A DNA stretch of 64,000 bases from positions 1,933 to 65,932 of the forward strand of contig CAITUP010000098.1 in assembly GCA_903895595.1 (NCBI GenBank), in the 5' to 3' direction. This stretch comes from an uncultured Acetobacteraceae bacterium. Lineage in GTDB: Bacteria > Pseudomonadota > Alphaproteobacteria > Acetobacterales > Acetobacteraceae. The notes under the pieces are model-generated. The model ran no database searches. It was not told the DNA's origin and was given only the letters and a program-made list of their open reading frames with translations. Below are positions 1 through 9,210 of the stretch, piece after piece. The translations under genes were made by a program, and so were the position numbers. Every line of letters begins with the position of its first letter. Within the stretch, counting starts at the first letter, position 1.

Positions 1-75
1 CCCCGATCAATAATATCCACCGGCACGCCGCCCCCCGGAAACCGCATACCGGCCATCGACAACTGTGAAGCGCCC

Positions 76-582
76 ATGAAACAGCCAGGACCCGAGGTGC
101 CCATACACCTCGACGCGATCGACCGCCGAATCCTGGCTGCATTGCAGGAAGACGGACGGATGACCAACGTGAAACTGTCGGAGTTCGCGGGGGTCTCGGC
201 GCCGCCGTGTCTGCGCCGGGTCCGTGTACTGGAACAGGCCGGAGTCATCCGTGGCTACCACGCCGACACCGACCCGCAGAAACTCGGCTGGGAGATCACG
301 TTCTTCGCGATCGTCGGGCTGGACAGCCAGAAGGAAGCAGTACTGTCGGCCTTCGAACAAACCGTCGCCGCCTGGCCGGAAGTGCGGGAGTGCCACATGA
401 TCCGCGGCGGCGGGGATTTTATGCTCCGTCTGGTTGCGCGCGACACGGCGCATGAGAACCAATTGACCCAGCGCCTGACCGGGCTGCCGACCGTCGGCAA
501 GGTGCAGACGCTGCAGACCATCCGCACCAGCCGGAACCTCTCCGGCGTGCCCTTTCCGGACGTACCGGCCCGCTCCGCATGA
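76..582 (+). CDS. Lrp/AsnC family transcriptional regulator
   Basis: N-terminal HTH (LDAIDRRILAALQEDGRMTNVKLSEFAGVSAPPCLRRVRVLEQAGVIRGY) and AsnC-type C-terminal domain (ECHMIRGGGDFML). Confidence 0.92.
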   Translation: MKQPGPEVPIHLDAIDRRILAALQEDGRMTNVKLSEFAGVSAPPCLRRVRVLEQAGVIRGYHADTDPQKLGWEITFFAIVGLDSQKEAVLSAFEQTVAAWPEVRECHMIRGGGDFMLRLVARDTAHENQLTQRLTGLPTVGKVQTLQTIRTSRNLSGVPFPDVPARSA

Positions 583-1682
583 CCGATCCTTCGCACGCCC
601 CGACCCTCAGCGTCATCGTCCCCTGTTATAACGAACGGCCGAACGTCGCCCCCATGATCGCCAAGCTCGATGCTGCTCTGGCGGGCATCGCGTGGGAGGT
701 GATCTACGTCGACGACGATTCCCCCGACGGTACCGCGGCCGAGGTCCGGCGTATCGCCCAGACCGACGCCCGCGTCCGCTGCATCCGCCGGGTCGGCCGG
801 CGCGGCTTGGCCTCGGCGGTGATCGAGGGCGCGCTGTCGTCCTCGGCCGCCTTTGTCGCGGTGATCGACGGCGATCTGCAGCACGATGAAACCCGGCTGC
901 CGGTCATGCTCGAAGCGCTCCGCACCGGCGATTACGATCTGGCGGTGGCCAGCCGGCATGTGGAGGGCGGCGACAATGCCGGCCTCGCCGGACGCTGGCG
1001 GCATATGCTGTCGGACGGCGGCATCGCCCTTTCGCAGGCGTTTCTTCCGGTGAAGCTGACCGATCCCATGAGCGGCTTCTTCATGCTGCCGCGCCCGTTG
1101 TTCGAGGAACTGGCGCACGGGCTGAACGGCCAGGGATTCAAAATCCTGCTCGATCTGGTCCTCAGTTCCCCCGCGCCGCTGCGCGTGAAGGAAGTACCGG
1201 CCACGTTCCGCGAACGCGTGGCGGGTGAAAGCAAGCTCGATCTGCTGGTGATGATCCAGTTCGGCGGTCTGCTGCTGGACAAGATTTGCGGCGGGGTGCT
1301 GCCGCTGCGGTTCATCTCCTTCGCGCTGGTCGGCGGCTTCGGCGTGCTGGTGCATCTGGCGATTCTGGGCGGCCTGCGCCATTTCACCGGACTGGGGTTC
1401 GAGGTCGAACAAACCATCGCAACCATCGTCGCTATGGTGTTCAATTTTAAGCTTAATAACTCCATCACCTACCGCGATCAAAGGTTGCGCGGACCGCGGC
1501 TATGGCGCGGCATGGTGCTGTTCATCGTGGTCTGCGGCGTGGGCGCGATCGCCAATATCGGCATCGCGAACACGTTGTATGAATCGCATGCGACCTGGAC
1601 GGCGGCAGGCGCGATCGGCGCGGTGATCGGGGTGGTCTGGAACTACGCGATGTCCGCCACACTGGTGTGGCGCGCCCGTTGA
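579..1682 (+). CDS. GT2 polyprenol-phosphate glycosyltransferase fused to C-terminal GtrA-like domain
   Basis: SVIVPCYNE, YVDDDSPDGT, VIDGDLQHD, DPMSGFF, RVAGESKL motifs; four hydrophobic helices at C-terminus; ATGA overlap with upstream gene. Confidence 0.9.
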   Translation: MTDPSHAPTLSVIVPCYNERPNVAPMIAKLDAALAGIAWEVIYVDDDSPDGTAAEVRRIAQTDARVRCIRRVGRRGLASAVIEGALSSSAAFVAVIDGDLQHDETRLPVMLEALRTGDYDLAVASRHVEGGDNAGLAGRWRHMLSDGGIALSQAFLPVKLTDPMSGFFMLPRPLFEELAHGLNGQGFKILLDLVLSSPAPLRVKEVPATFRERVAGESKLDLLVMIQFGGLLLDKICGGVLPLRFISFALVGGFGVLVHLAILGGLRHFTGLGFEVEQTIATIVAMVFNFKLNNSITYRDQRLRGPRLWRGMVLFIVVCGVGAIANIGIANTLYESHATWTAAGAIGAVIGVVWNYAMSATLVWRAR

Positions 1683-3100
1683 GGCGTGCCGCCGCCGGAT
1701 TGGCGGGTCTAACCGCGATCCGGCTGATCATTGCCGCGTATCTGCCGCTGACGCCGGACGAGGCCTACTACTGGACTTGGTCGCGCGCCTTGGCGCCCGG
1801 CTACGTCGATCATCCGCCGATGGTGGCGCTGTGGATCAAAGCTGGCACGCTGCTGTTGGGGGAAACCCCGCTGGGCGTGCGCCTGCTGGGACCGCTGGCG
1901 GTGGCGCTCGGGACGTGGCTGCTGGCAGATTGCGCCGAACGTCTTTTCTCCGGCCGGCGAGCCGGTCTGACGGCCGGGCTGTTGTGGAATGCCACGCTGA
2001 TCGTCGGCGCCGGGTCGATGGTCATGACGCCGGATGCACCGTTGCTGCTGTTCTGGTGCGGGACGCTCTGGGCGATGGTTCGGCTTGTCGCGGGCGGTTC
2101 CGGTTGGTGGTGGCTGGTCGCGGGAGCCTGCGCGGGCGCGGCGTCGGCCAGCAAATACACGGCGGCGTTCCTGTGGATTGGGATCTGGCTTTGGGTGTTG
2201 GCTGTGCCGTCCGTCCGGGTTTGGCTGCGCCGGCCGGCGCCCTGGATCGGGGCGGGACTGGGCGCTGCGATCTTTCTGCCGGTACTGCTGTGGAACGCCG
2301 ATCATGGTTGGGCCAGCTTCCTGAAGCAGGGGGGCCGTGTCGCCGAGTGGCAACCCGCACGCGCCATGGGGTTCCTGGGGGAGCTGATCGGCGGGCAGAT
2401 CGGGCTGGCGACGCCGGGCGTGTTCGTGCTGTGCGTTGTGGGGCTGGCGGCGGCAGGGAAGGCACGGCGCGAGGAACATTGTGGCTTGCTCCTGGCACTG
2501 ACAATGCCTGCTGTTCTGGTCTTCCTGCAGCACGCCTTGGGAGATCGGGTGCAGGGGAATTGGCCAGCGATTATCTATCCGGCCGCCATTGTTGCCGCCG
2601 CCGGATTGGCACGACAGCGCTGGGTCCCGCCGGCCGTGGCGCTGGGCTTCGCGATGACCGCCATTGTGCTGCTGCACGCCACGACCGGGTTTCTGCCGCT
2701 GCCGCCGAAATCCGACCCGGCCGCACGGCAGCTGGCCGGCTGGGACAAGGTGGCACTCTCCGCCGAAACCCTGCGCCTGCGCGAACACGCCGCCTACATC
2801 GTCGCCGAGGAATACGCGCTGATCGCCGAACTCGCCTGGAACGCCCCCGCCGGCGCGCCGGTCGTCGGAATCGAAGCCCGTTTGACCCCAATGGACCTGC
2901 CTGCGTTCGACATGGCCGGACGGACCGGGATCCTGGTGCGCGCCGAACATCGCGGCGAGGAAATCGACCCCGCCACCTGGTCCTCTGCCCTTCCGCTGGG
3001 CTTCATCGAACGCGGCAACCAGGAGCGGTCCAGGGTTTGGCTGGTCACTGGACGCACGGTGGGAAAAGCGCTGCCGGCACGTGTTGCGGCGGGCCGATAG
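1679..3100 (+). CDS. ArnT/PMT-like lipid-linked glycosyltransferase (GT39/GT83)
   Basis: DEAYYWTWSRALAPGYVDHPP, TPDAPLL, SKYTA, LWNADHGWASF motifs; polytopic membrane protein; TTG start overlapping upstream TGA (alternative start 1667). Confidence 0.88.
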   Translation: MRRAAAGLAGLTAIRLIIAAYLPLTPDEAYYWTWSRALAPGYVDHPPMVALWIKAGTLLLGETPLGVRLLGPLAVALGTWLLADCAERLFSGRRAGLTAGLLWNATLIVGAGSMVMTPDAPLLLFWCGTLWAMVRLVAGGSGWWWLVAGACAGAASASKYTAAFLWIGIWLWVLAVPSVRVWLRRPAPWIGAGLGAAIFLPVLLWNADHGWASFLKQGGRVAEWQPARAMGFLGELIGGQIGLATPGVFVLCVVGLAAAGKARREEHCGLLLALTMPAVLVFLQHALGDRVQGNWPAIIYPAAIVAAAGLARQRWVPPAVALGFAMTAIVLLHATTGFLPLPPKSDPAARQLAGWDKVALSAETLRLREHAAYIVAEEYALIAELAWNAPAGAPVVGIEARLTPMDLPAFDMAGRTGILVRAEHRGEEIDPATWSSALPLGFIERGNQERSRVWLVTGRTVGKALPARVAAGR

Positions 3101-3142
3101 ATCGGTCTACGCTCCCCGGTAATAAAAGGGAGTGACGAAACA

Positions 3143-4453
3143 ATGTCCACCGCCTTGCTGAACGACAAAGCCTTGGAAGCCGCGACGATGCGCCGGGTGT
3201 CCTGGCGTCTCATGCCGTTTCTGATCCTGGCCTATCTGCTTTGCTACATCGACCGCGTGAACGTCGGGTTCGCGTCGTTGCAGATGAACAAGGCCGTCGG
3301 CATCGACCCGAAGACCTACGGTCTCGGCGCCGGGATCTTCTTCATCGGCTACTTCATTCTGGAGGTGCCCAGCAATCTGGGGCTGGAGCGATTCGGCGCG
3401 CGCAAGTGGATTGCGCGGATCATGCTGACCTGGGGGATTGTGTCGGGCGCTTTCGCGCTGATCGGCGGCCCGACCTCATTCCTGGTGTTGCGCTTTCTGC
3501 TGGGTGCGGCGGAGGCTGGGTTTTTCCCCGGCGTTATCCTTTACCTGACCTATTGGTTCCCGGCGGTCTACCGAGCGAAGATCGTGGGCATATTTATGGT
3601 CGCGATTCCGGTGGCGGGATTGATTGGGTCGCCCATTTCCGGCGCCATTCTGGGGATGGACGGTGTTTGGGGCCTCGGTGGGTGGCAGTGGATTTTCATC
3701 CTCGAAGCTATCCCGACGCTGCTGTTGGGCGTGGCATCGTTCTACTGGCTGACGGATCGTCCCGAACACGCGCCGTGGCTGCCGAAGGAGCAGCAGGCAT
3801 GGCTGATCGCGCGCCTCGCCGCCGAGGGTCGCCGTCAGACCAAGGTGCCGCATCAGTCGGTCTGGAAGACGATGACCAACAAATACGTGCTGATCATGGC
3901 GCTGGTTTACGCCGGTGCGGCGGGTGCCTCGACATCGCTGGCGCTGTTCATGCCGCAACTGGTGAAATCGTTCGGTCTGACGAACTTCGAGACGGGATGC
4001 GTGAACTCCATTCCCTTCGGAATCGCGGCGGTGTGGATGATTTTGTGGGGCCGCAGTTCGGATAAAACCGGCGAGCGGGTGTGGCACAACGCGCTGCCGC
4101 TGGCCTGGATGGTCGTGGCGATGGTGGGGTTGTTCTTCTTCATCAAGAATCTCTACGTCGTGATTCCGCTGATGACGCTGATCGCCGCCGGCACCTACGC
4201 GAGCAAGGGCCCATTCTGGGCGCTGTCGTCGGAGTGGTTGGGGGCCGGCACCGCCGCCGCCGGTCTGGCGCAGATCAACGCGCTGGGGAACCTGTCGGGG
4301 TTCTTCTTCAACTACATGATCGGCTGGATTCAGGCGGAAACCGGCAGCTTCCCCTTGTCCATCATGCCGATCGCGATCGTCGCCGCCATCGGCACGATCA
4401 GCGTTCTGACCGTTGGGCGGCACCAGCCGCGCACGGTCGCGGTGCCTACATGA
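3143..4453 (+). CDS. MFS transporter, anion:cation symporter (tartrate/phthalate-permease-like)
   Basis: YIDRVNVGFA, EVPSN, WIARIM, RFLLGAAEAGFFPG, GWQWIFILE motifs; about 12 TM segments. Confidence 0.92.
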   Translation: MSTALLNDKALEAATMRRVSWRLMPFLILAYLLCYIDRVNVGFASLQMNKAVGIDPKTYGLGAGIFFIGYFILEVPSNLGLERFGARKWIARIMLTWGIVSGAFALIGGPTSFLVLRFLLGAAEAGFFPGVILYLTYWFPAVYRAKIVGIFMVAIPVAGLIGSPISGAILGMDGVWGLGGWQWIFILEAIPTLLLGVASFYWLTDRPEHAPWLPKEQQAWLIARLAAEGRRQTKVPHQSVWKTMTNKYVLIMALVYAGAAGASTSLALFMPQLVKSFGLTNFETGCVNSIPFGIAAVWMILWGRSSDKTGERVWHNALPLAWMVVAMVGLFFFIKNLYVVIPLMTLIAAGTYASKGPFWALSSEWLGAGTAAAGLAQINALGNLSGFFFNYMIGWIQAETGSFPLSIMPIAIVAAIGTISVLTVGRHQPRTVAVPT

Positions 4454-4492
4454 ACGGTTAAGGCGGTTGCTGACTGGAACCGGCGGTTCCAG

Positions 4493-5359
4493 TCAGCCAT
4501 CTGTTCGCGCCGCCAAACGGTACCGCCGTACCAGCATGATCGCACCGAACGCGATCGCCGCGCCGCCCCATAGATCCACGAAATGATGCCCACCGATCGC
4601 GGGCGTTGCCGCGATCACCATCAGGTTGATCGCGATTGTCAGAGGAAACAGGATCGGAATGCCTCGGCTCGCATAGGCATACAAAATCGCCAGCGCGGTA
4701 TGGAACGACGGAAACTGCACGACACCCTGGAGTTGCCAAAGATCGATCGCGTCGAACGTTCCGTCGCGCAATCCGGTAAAGACATTCACGTAGTCCCGGA
4801 CAGGTTCGACTTTGAAATGGTAAAACGCGCCGCCCGTGGGCCAGGGGCCGGAAAAAAGAACGCAGCCCATCCCCATCAGCGCGAACAGCCATACCAGCTC
4901 GTGGCTGCGCCCGGTTTGCCCCCGAAAATTCAACACCAGCAGCAGGACAACGATTTGAATCGTCATGCTGATGTAGAAAATGCCCAAGACAATGTTCACG
5001 ACCGGATGCACATCCAGCCAGCGGTGCATCGCCGGCCAGTCCAACCCCGTCGCGCGATCCACCGCCACCAGATATTCGTCCAGCAGCGGACGGTTCAGCG
5101 TCACCATCAGATAGCTCAGAATGCCCGCGCCGGTCGTAAAGGCGATCAGTTCCGCCGTCGATCGTGTCAGCGAGGCGATACGGGCGTCCCGCCGCACGGT
5201 GCCGTAGAACCAGGCGAGCAACGCCGCGACAGCGCCTGCCAGGGCCGGCGCCCATAATGACGAAGCGACCAGCGTCAGCCGCGAGGCCGGCAGCCATACC
5301 GCATCGGTTAATACCACTCCGGCAATCAGCAGCCAAAGCGGTTTCGTCGTTTCCGGCAT
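4493..5359 (-). CDS. PAP2-superfamily membrane phosphatase/phosphotransferase
   Basis: FPSFHTA and GGHHFVDL motifs; multiple TM helices. Confidence 0.8.
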   Translation of the reverse strand: MPETTKPLWLLIAGVVLTDAVWLPASRLTLVASSLWAPALAGAVAALLAWFYGTVRRDARIASLTRSTAELIAFTTGAGILSYLMVTLNRPLLDEYLVAVDRATGLDWPAMHRWLDVHPVVNIVLGIFYISMTIQIVVLLLVLNFRGQTGRSHELVWLFALMGMGCVLFSGPWPTGGAFYHFKVEPVRDYVNVFTGLRDGTFDAIDLWQLQGVVQFPSFHTALAILYAYASRGIPILFPLTIAINLMVIAATPAIGGHHFVDLWGGAAIAFGAIMLVRRYRLAARTDG

Positions 5360-5421
5360 CGAACTCTCCCGCGATCGCGGGACGTGTAGGGTGCGGGCGT
5401 GCCGCCGCCAAGCCGGTGCGC

Positions 5422-6075
5422 TTAGTTCGACACCGACTGGATCGCGCTAATGGGCAGCATCAGCGCCCCGACCATGACCTGTTGCGTGTGGTTCGCCACG
5501 GAAACCCCGGTGACGGCGCCGGTGAGGGTGACTGGAATAGCGGCCGGGGTCGTGCCGGCGGTGCCGCCCATGACGGATACGGTGTAGGCGCCATCGGGCC
5601 GCTTCGCGCCGCTGCTGTCGGCGCCGTTCCAGGTCCAGCTATTCGGCCCCGCCACGCTGGTCAGCGACGTCTGCGCGACCGTGGCGCCCGAGGCATCCTT
5701 GACCGTGACCGTCACCGGCTCCGCCGCTGGGGTAGCGAACTGGATACTGCCCGATCCGTTTTGCAGCGAGATTTGCGTCGATGTCGCCGTGACCGTTTTC
5801 CCGACCAGGGACGAGGCCTGCAGGACGGCGTTGGACTGGGTAAGTTGAATCAGCGACTGCACCCCGTTGTCGATGTTGATCTGCTGCTCGACGCTGGCAA
5901 ACTGCACCAGCTGGGTGGTGAACTGACTGGTATCCGTCGGGGTGGTCGGGTCCTGATTTTTCAGCTGCGTCATCAGCAGGTTCAGGAAGTTGTTCAGGTT
6001 GGACGACAGCGACGACAACGGGTCGGCGGGCTTCGTGCTGGTCGCGCTGGGCGCGGTGACGGCGGCGATGGTCAT
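5422..6075 (-). CDS. flgD: flagellar hook-capping/assembly protein FlgD
   Basis: NFLNLLMTQLKNQDPTTPTDTSQFTTQLVQFASVEQQ; FlgD Ig-like WNG..DGAY region. Confidence 0.93.
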   Translation of the reverse strand: MTIAAVTAPSATSTKPADPLSSLSSNLNNFLNLLMTQLKNQDPTTPTDTSQFTTQLVQFASVEQQINIDNGVQSLIQLTQSNAVLQASSLVGKTVTATSTQISLQNGSGSIQFATPAAEPVTVTVKDASGATVAQTSLTSVAGPNSWTWNGADSSGAKRPDGAYTVSVMGGTAGTTPAAIPVTLTGAVTGVSVANHTQQVMVGALMLPISAIQSVSN

Positions 6076-6089
6076 GGCGGCGGTGTTCC

Positions 6090-7619
6090 TCAGGCGGTGA
6101 TGTCGAGGCCGGATCGGGCATAAGCGGGCCGGATGGGTGTCGGTTCGGATGTGGCGGCGGGATCGGATCGGCCGGCACCGAACATCGGCGGGCGGTGCCC
6201 GCCGCGATCCGCGAAGCCCTGCGACGATTGACCGGTGCCCATGAATTGCGACGCGGTTTGACCGGCATCCTGGCCGGCGGGCGCGGCCGTTACGATTGGC
6301 GCCGCATGGTAGCTGACCGTCATGGCCTCCCGCGGAACCCCCGCCCTGTCCAGCGCCTGTTGCAGCTGCGGGGTATCGCGACGGAGCAGGGCCAGCGTCT
6401 CCGGCCGTTCCGCCTCGATCCGGACCTGCATGGGGGAGTCGGGGTTTCGGTCGATCTGGATCCGCAGCTGGCCGAGTGCGTCGGGTTGCAGTTGCAGGGT
6501 GAGATGACCGGCCCCGGTGTGGCTGTTGGCGATGGTCGCGAGCACCGGGGCAAGCTGTTCGGCGGGCGGTGGTGCGGGACCGGGTGCTGGCGCTTGGGCC
6601 GGGCGGGGGAGAGGCGCGACGGGAACTGGCGGCGCCGTTGGGACGATGGAAGGCGTCGGGTCGATGGGTGCGGTCTCATGCCGAACGGGGGACGCGGCGA
6701 CGGACTGTGCCGGCGCATGGGCGGGAGAGGGGGCAGGGGCGCTGGACGACGGAGGCGACGGCGTCGCTGCCGCGACCGGGGGAGGGAGGGCAATGTCGTC
6801 CGGTTTCGCCGTCTCTTCGATCGGATCGGGGAGGGGCTTCGGGTCTGTCTGGGCGTGCGGGAACGCGGGTCTGGCGGCTATCGGGACCGGGTCCGGCGGT
6901 GGCGCGGCCGCTGGAGCAACCGAAACCGGTTCGGCGGGCACTTTACCCGTCGGCGCAGCATCGGACTGCACCGCTCTTATAGCCGCCGGGGGTGTGTCCG
7001 GCGGTGCCGGTGCGGCGTCGGTCGGCGGATTGGGGGAGATCGCCGTGCCGCCGAACGCCGGGATCGCAATTGGGGGGACGGGCGGGTTCGGTTGCGCCGG
7101 AAGTGCGGCCGGCCATTCCGCTTGAACCGGCGCCGCGTGTTCCCGAACGGGCTGGCTATCGCGGCGGATCGGCGGCGTTTTTCCGCTCGGATGCGGTTCC
7201 GGCGCCGCCGGAACCGGTTTGCCCGGCAACTCGGGCGGCAAGTCGGTCGCCGGGGGCAAAGGCAGTGTGGCAGGCGCTGGCACAGGCGCCTCCACGGGGG
7301 GCGCGGGCGCATCGGCCGGCTTCGGGTCGGCTTGCCCGACGGGCAGCGCCGGGTCGGGCATCGCGACGGCCGCGGGCGGCGGCTCGTGGGCGGCAAGCGG
7401 CCCGTCGCGCGGTGTTACGATCTGCCGCGGCGTGACCGTGGTGGTGGTTGGTCCCGGAGTTGGCACCGCGTTCGGCGCCGTCGTTGCTTCCAGCAGCGTC
7501 GTCAGCAACCCCGCGAACAGGCCGGCCACGCCGGCAGCCGGTTCGGGCGCGGGCGATCCGGCTGCCGAGGCGAACGGCGCGGGCACGATCGGGTCGGGGA
7601 AGCTCGGCAGGACTGGCAT
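6090..7619 (-). CDS. fliK: flagellar hook-length control protein FliK
   Basis: Pro/Ala-rich N-terminus plus C-terminal LQLQPDALGQLRIQI...ERPETLALLRRDTPQLQQALDRAG; directly upstream of flgD; GGAG before ATG 7619. Confidence 0.82.
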   Translation of the reverse strand: MPVLPSFPDPIVPAPFASAAGSPAPEPAAGVAGLFAGLLTTLLEATTAPNAVPTPGPTTTTVTPRQIVTPRDGPLAAHEPPPAAVAMPDPALPVGQADPKPADAPAPPVEAPVPAPATLPLPPATDLPPELPGKPVPAAPEPHPSGKTPPIRRDSQPVREHAAPVQAEWPAALPAQPNPPVPPIAIPAFGGTAISPNPPTDAAPAPPDTPPAAIRAVQSDAAPTGKVPAEPVSVAPAAAPPPDPVPIAARPAFPHAQTDPKPLPDPIEETAKPDDIALPPPVAAATPSPPSSSAPAPSPAHAPAQSVAASPVRHETAPIDPTPSIVPTAPPVPVAPLPRPAQAPAPGPAPPPAEQLAPVLATIANSHTGAGHLTLQLQPDALGQLRIQIDRNPDSPMQVRIEAERPETLALLRRDTPQLQQALDRAGVPREAMTVSYHAAPIVTAAPAGQDAGQTASQFMGTGQSSQGFADRGGHRPPMFGAGRSDPAATSEPTPIRPAYARSGLDITA

Positions 7620-7824
7620 CGGGTCACTCCGATGCACCATACGCAAAGGGCGGGCCAGGGCCTGGAGCGGCCAAAACCGGGGAGTTCAGCCCCCCATGCG
7701 GCGCCCCCGTCGGGTATTTTCAGCCGAACGGCCGAAAATGCCGGTCTTGCGGTGCGGGCCGGCGTACTTCTATCGTCCCACCATGGGAATACGGCGCGAT
7801 AAGCCGGCCCGAGGGAGAAACATC

Positions 7825-9141
7825 ATGGACACGCCCGTGGCCACCGAGATCGAAACCCGCACCCTGCGCAAGGTTTATCTGCGCCTCGTGCCGTTTTGCT
7901 TCCTGCTTTACATCCTCTGTTACATCGATCGCATCAACGTCAGCTTCGCCTCGCTGACGATGAACAAAGATATCGGCCTGAGCGCCTATATCTACGGTCT
8001 GGCGGCCGGCGCGTTCTTCTGGGGCTACTGCCTGCTGGAAGTCCCGTCCAACATCATCCTGGAAAAGGTCGGCGCCCGCATCTGGATTACCCGCATCATG
8101 ATCACCTGGGGGCTGCTGTCGGCGGCCACCGCGTTCGTGACCGGTCCCTGGAGCTTCTTCACCGTCCGCGTACTGATCGGTGCCGCCGAGGCCGGGCTGT
8201 TCCCAGGTATCCTGCTTTATTTTCACCGCTGGTTCCCGCAGCACCACCGTGGCCGCGTTTCCGGGTTTTTCCTGTTGGGTCTGCCGCTGGCCACCGCGAT
8301 CGGCGCGCCGCTGTCCACCGCCTTCCTGCAAATGGAGGGGATTATGGGTTTGCACGGCTGGCAGTGGATGTATCTGGGCGAAGGCATTCCGACGGCGATC
8401 ATCGGCTGCACCGTTTGGTCCTACCTGACCGAACGCCCGTCCGACGCAAAATGGCTTACGGCCGAGGAAAGGACGTGGCTGGAAAGTACTCTGGCACAGG
8501 AAAAGATGCGGATCGAGAAGCACCGCACCTACTCCATTTGGTCGGCGATGGCGGACCCGAAAATATGGGTTCTGACCACCATCTTCGCCGGCATCGGCAT
8601 GGCGGGGGTGGGGCTGGTGCTGTTCCTGCCGCAAATCCTGAAGGCGCAGGGCATGAGCAATACCTCGGCCGGATTGCTGACGGCCGTGCCCTATGTCGCC
8701 GGAACCATCGCGATGGGCGCGTGCGGCTGGATTTCCGACCGTACCAAGGATCGGTTCTGGATTCTCACGATCACCTGCTCATGCGCCGTCGCCGGACTGG
8801 TGGCCGGTGCCATCCTGCGGGAAAGTCTGTGGGTGCTGGCGGCGTTCTCGCTCGCCACGGTGGGGTTCTACGGCATGAAGTCGCCGTTCTGGCCGCTGCC
8901 TTCCACCTTCCTGACCGGACCGGGATTGGCGGCGGGATTGGCCTTCATCAACTCCGTCGGCAACTTCGCAGGCTACCTCGGTCCCATCGCGGTCGGCTAC
9001 GCCAGGGATGCTACCGGCAGCTTCGAGATCGGCTTGTACGTTTTGGCGGGGGCGGCTGCCGTGTCCACGCTGACCGCGCTCGCCTGCGGGCTATGGATGC
9101 CCCGCGACTTGGCGGCAGCAAAATTAGCGCGGGCGCATTAA
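7825..9141 (+). CDS. MFS transporter, anion:cation symporter family
   Basis: YIDRINVSFA, EVPSN, IWITRIM, GAAEAGLFPG, GWQWMYLGE; GAGGGAG RBS before ATG 7825 (the longer ORF-track start is spurious). Confidence 0.9.
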   Translation: MDTPVATEIETRTLRKVYLRLVPFCFLLYILCYIDRINVSFASLTMNKDIGLSAYIYGLAAGAFFWGYCLLEVPSNIILEKVGARIWITRIMITWGLLSAATAFVTGPWSFFTVRVLIGAAEAGLFPGILLYFHRWFPQHHRGRVSGFFLLGLPLATAIGAPLSTAFLQMEGIMGLHGWQWMYLGEGIPTAIIGCTVWSYLTERPSDAKWLTAEERTWLESTLAQEKMRIEKHRTYSIWSAMADPKIWVLTTIFAGIGMAGVGLVLFLPQILKAQGMSNTSAGLLTAVPYVAGTIAMGACGWISDRTKDRFWILTITCSCAVAGLVAGAILRESLWVLAAFSLATVGFYGMKSPFWPLPSTFLTGPGLAAGLAFINSVGNFAGYLGPIAVGYARDATGSFEIGLYVLAGAAAVSTLTALACGLWMPRDLAAAKLARAH

Positions 9142-9154
9142 ATGGTATGCAGCG

Positions 9155-9170
9155 TTAACCTTTTGTAAAC
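9155..9170. promoter_or_regulatory. CtrA-like box upstream of motB
   Basis: TTAA-ccttttg-TAAAC, one mismatch to TTAA-N7-TTAAC, 40 bp upstream of motB ATG. Confidence 0.5.
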
Positions 9171-9210
9171 CTTTTGCCGGCATCCTGCCTCCGACACAGG
9201 AGGCGGATGC

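Noticed and set aside
700-730. YVDD motif as a possible reverse-transcriptase active site for the DGR
   Set aside because: It lies in the GT2 nucleotide-sugar-binding region (VIYVDDDSPDG) of a clear glycosyltransferase; there is no RT context
6195-7802. Gly/Arg-rich plus-strand ORFs over fliK as repeat or collagen-like proteins
   Set aside because: Low-complexity mirror of the Pro/Ala-rich FliK linker
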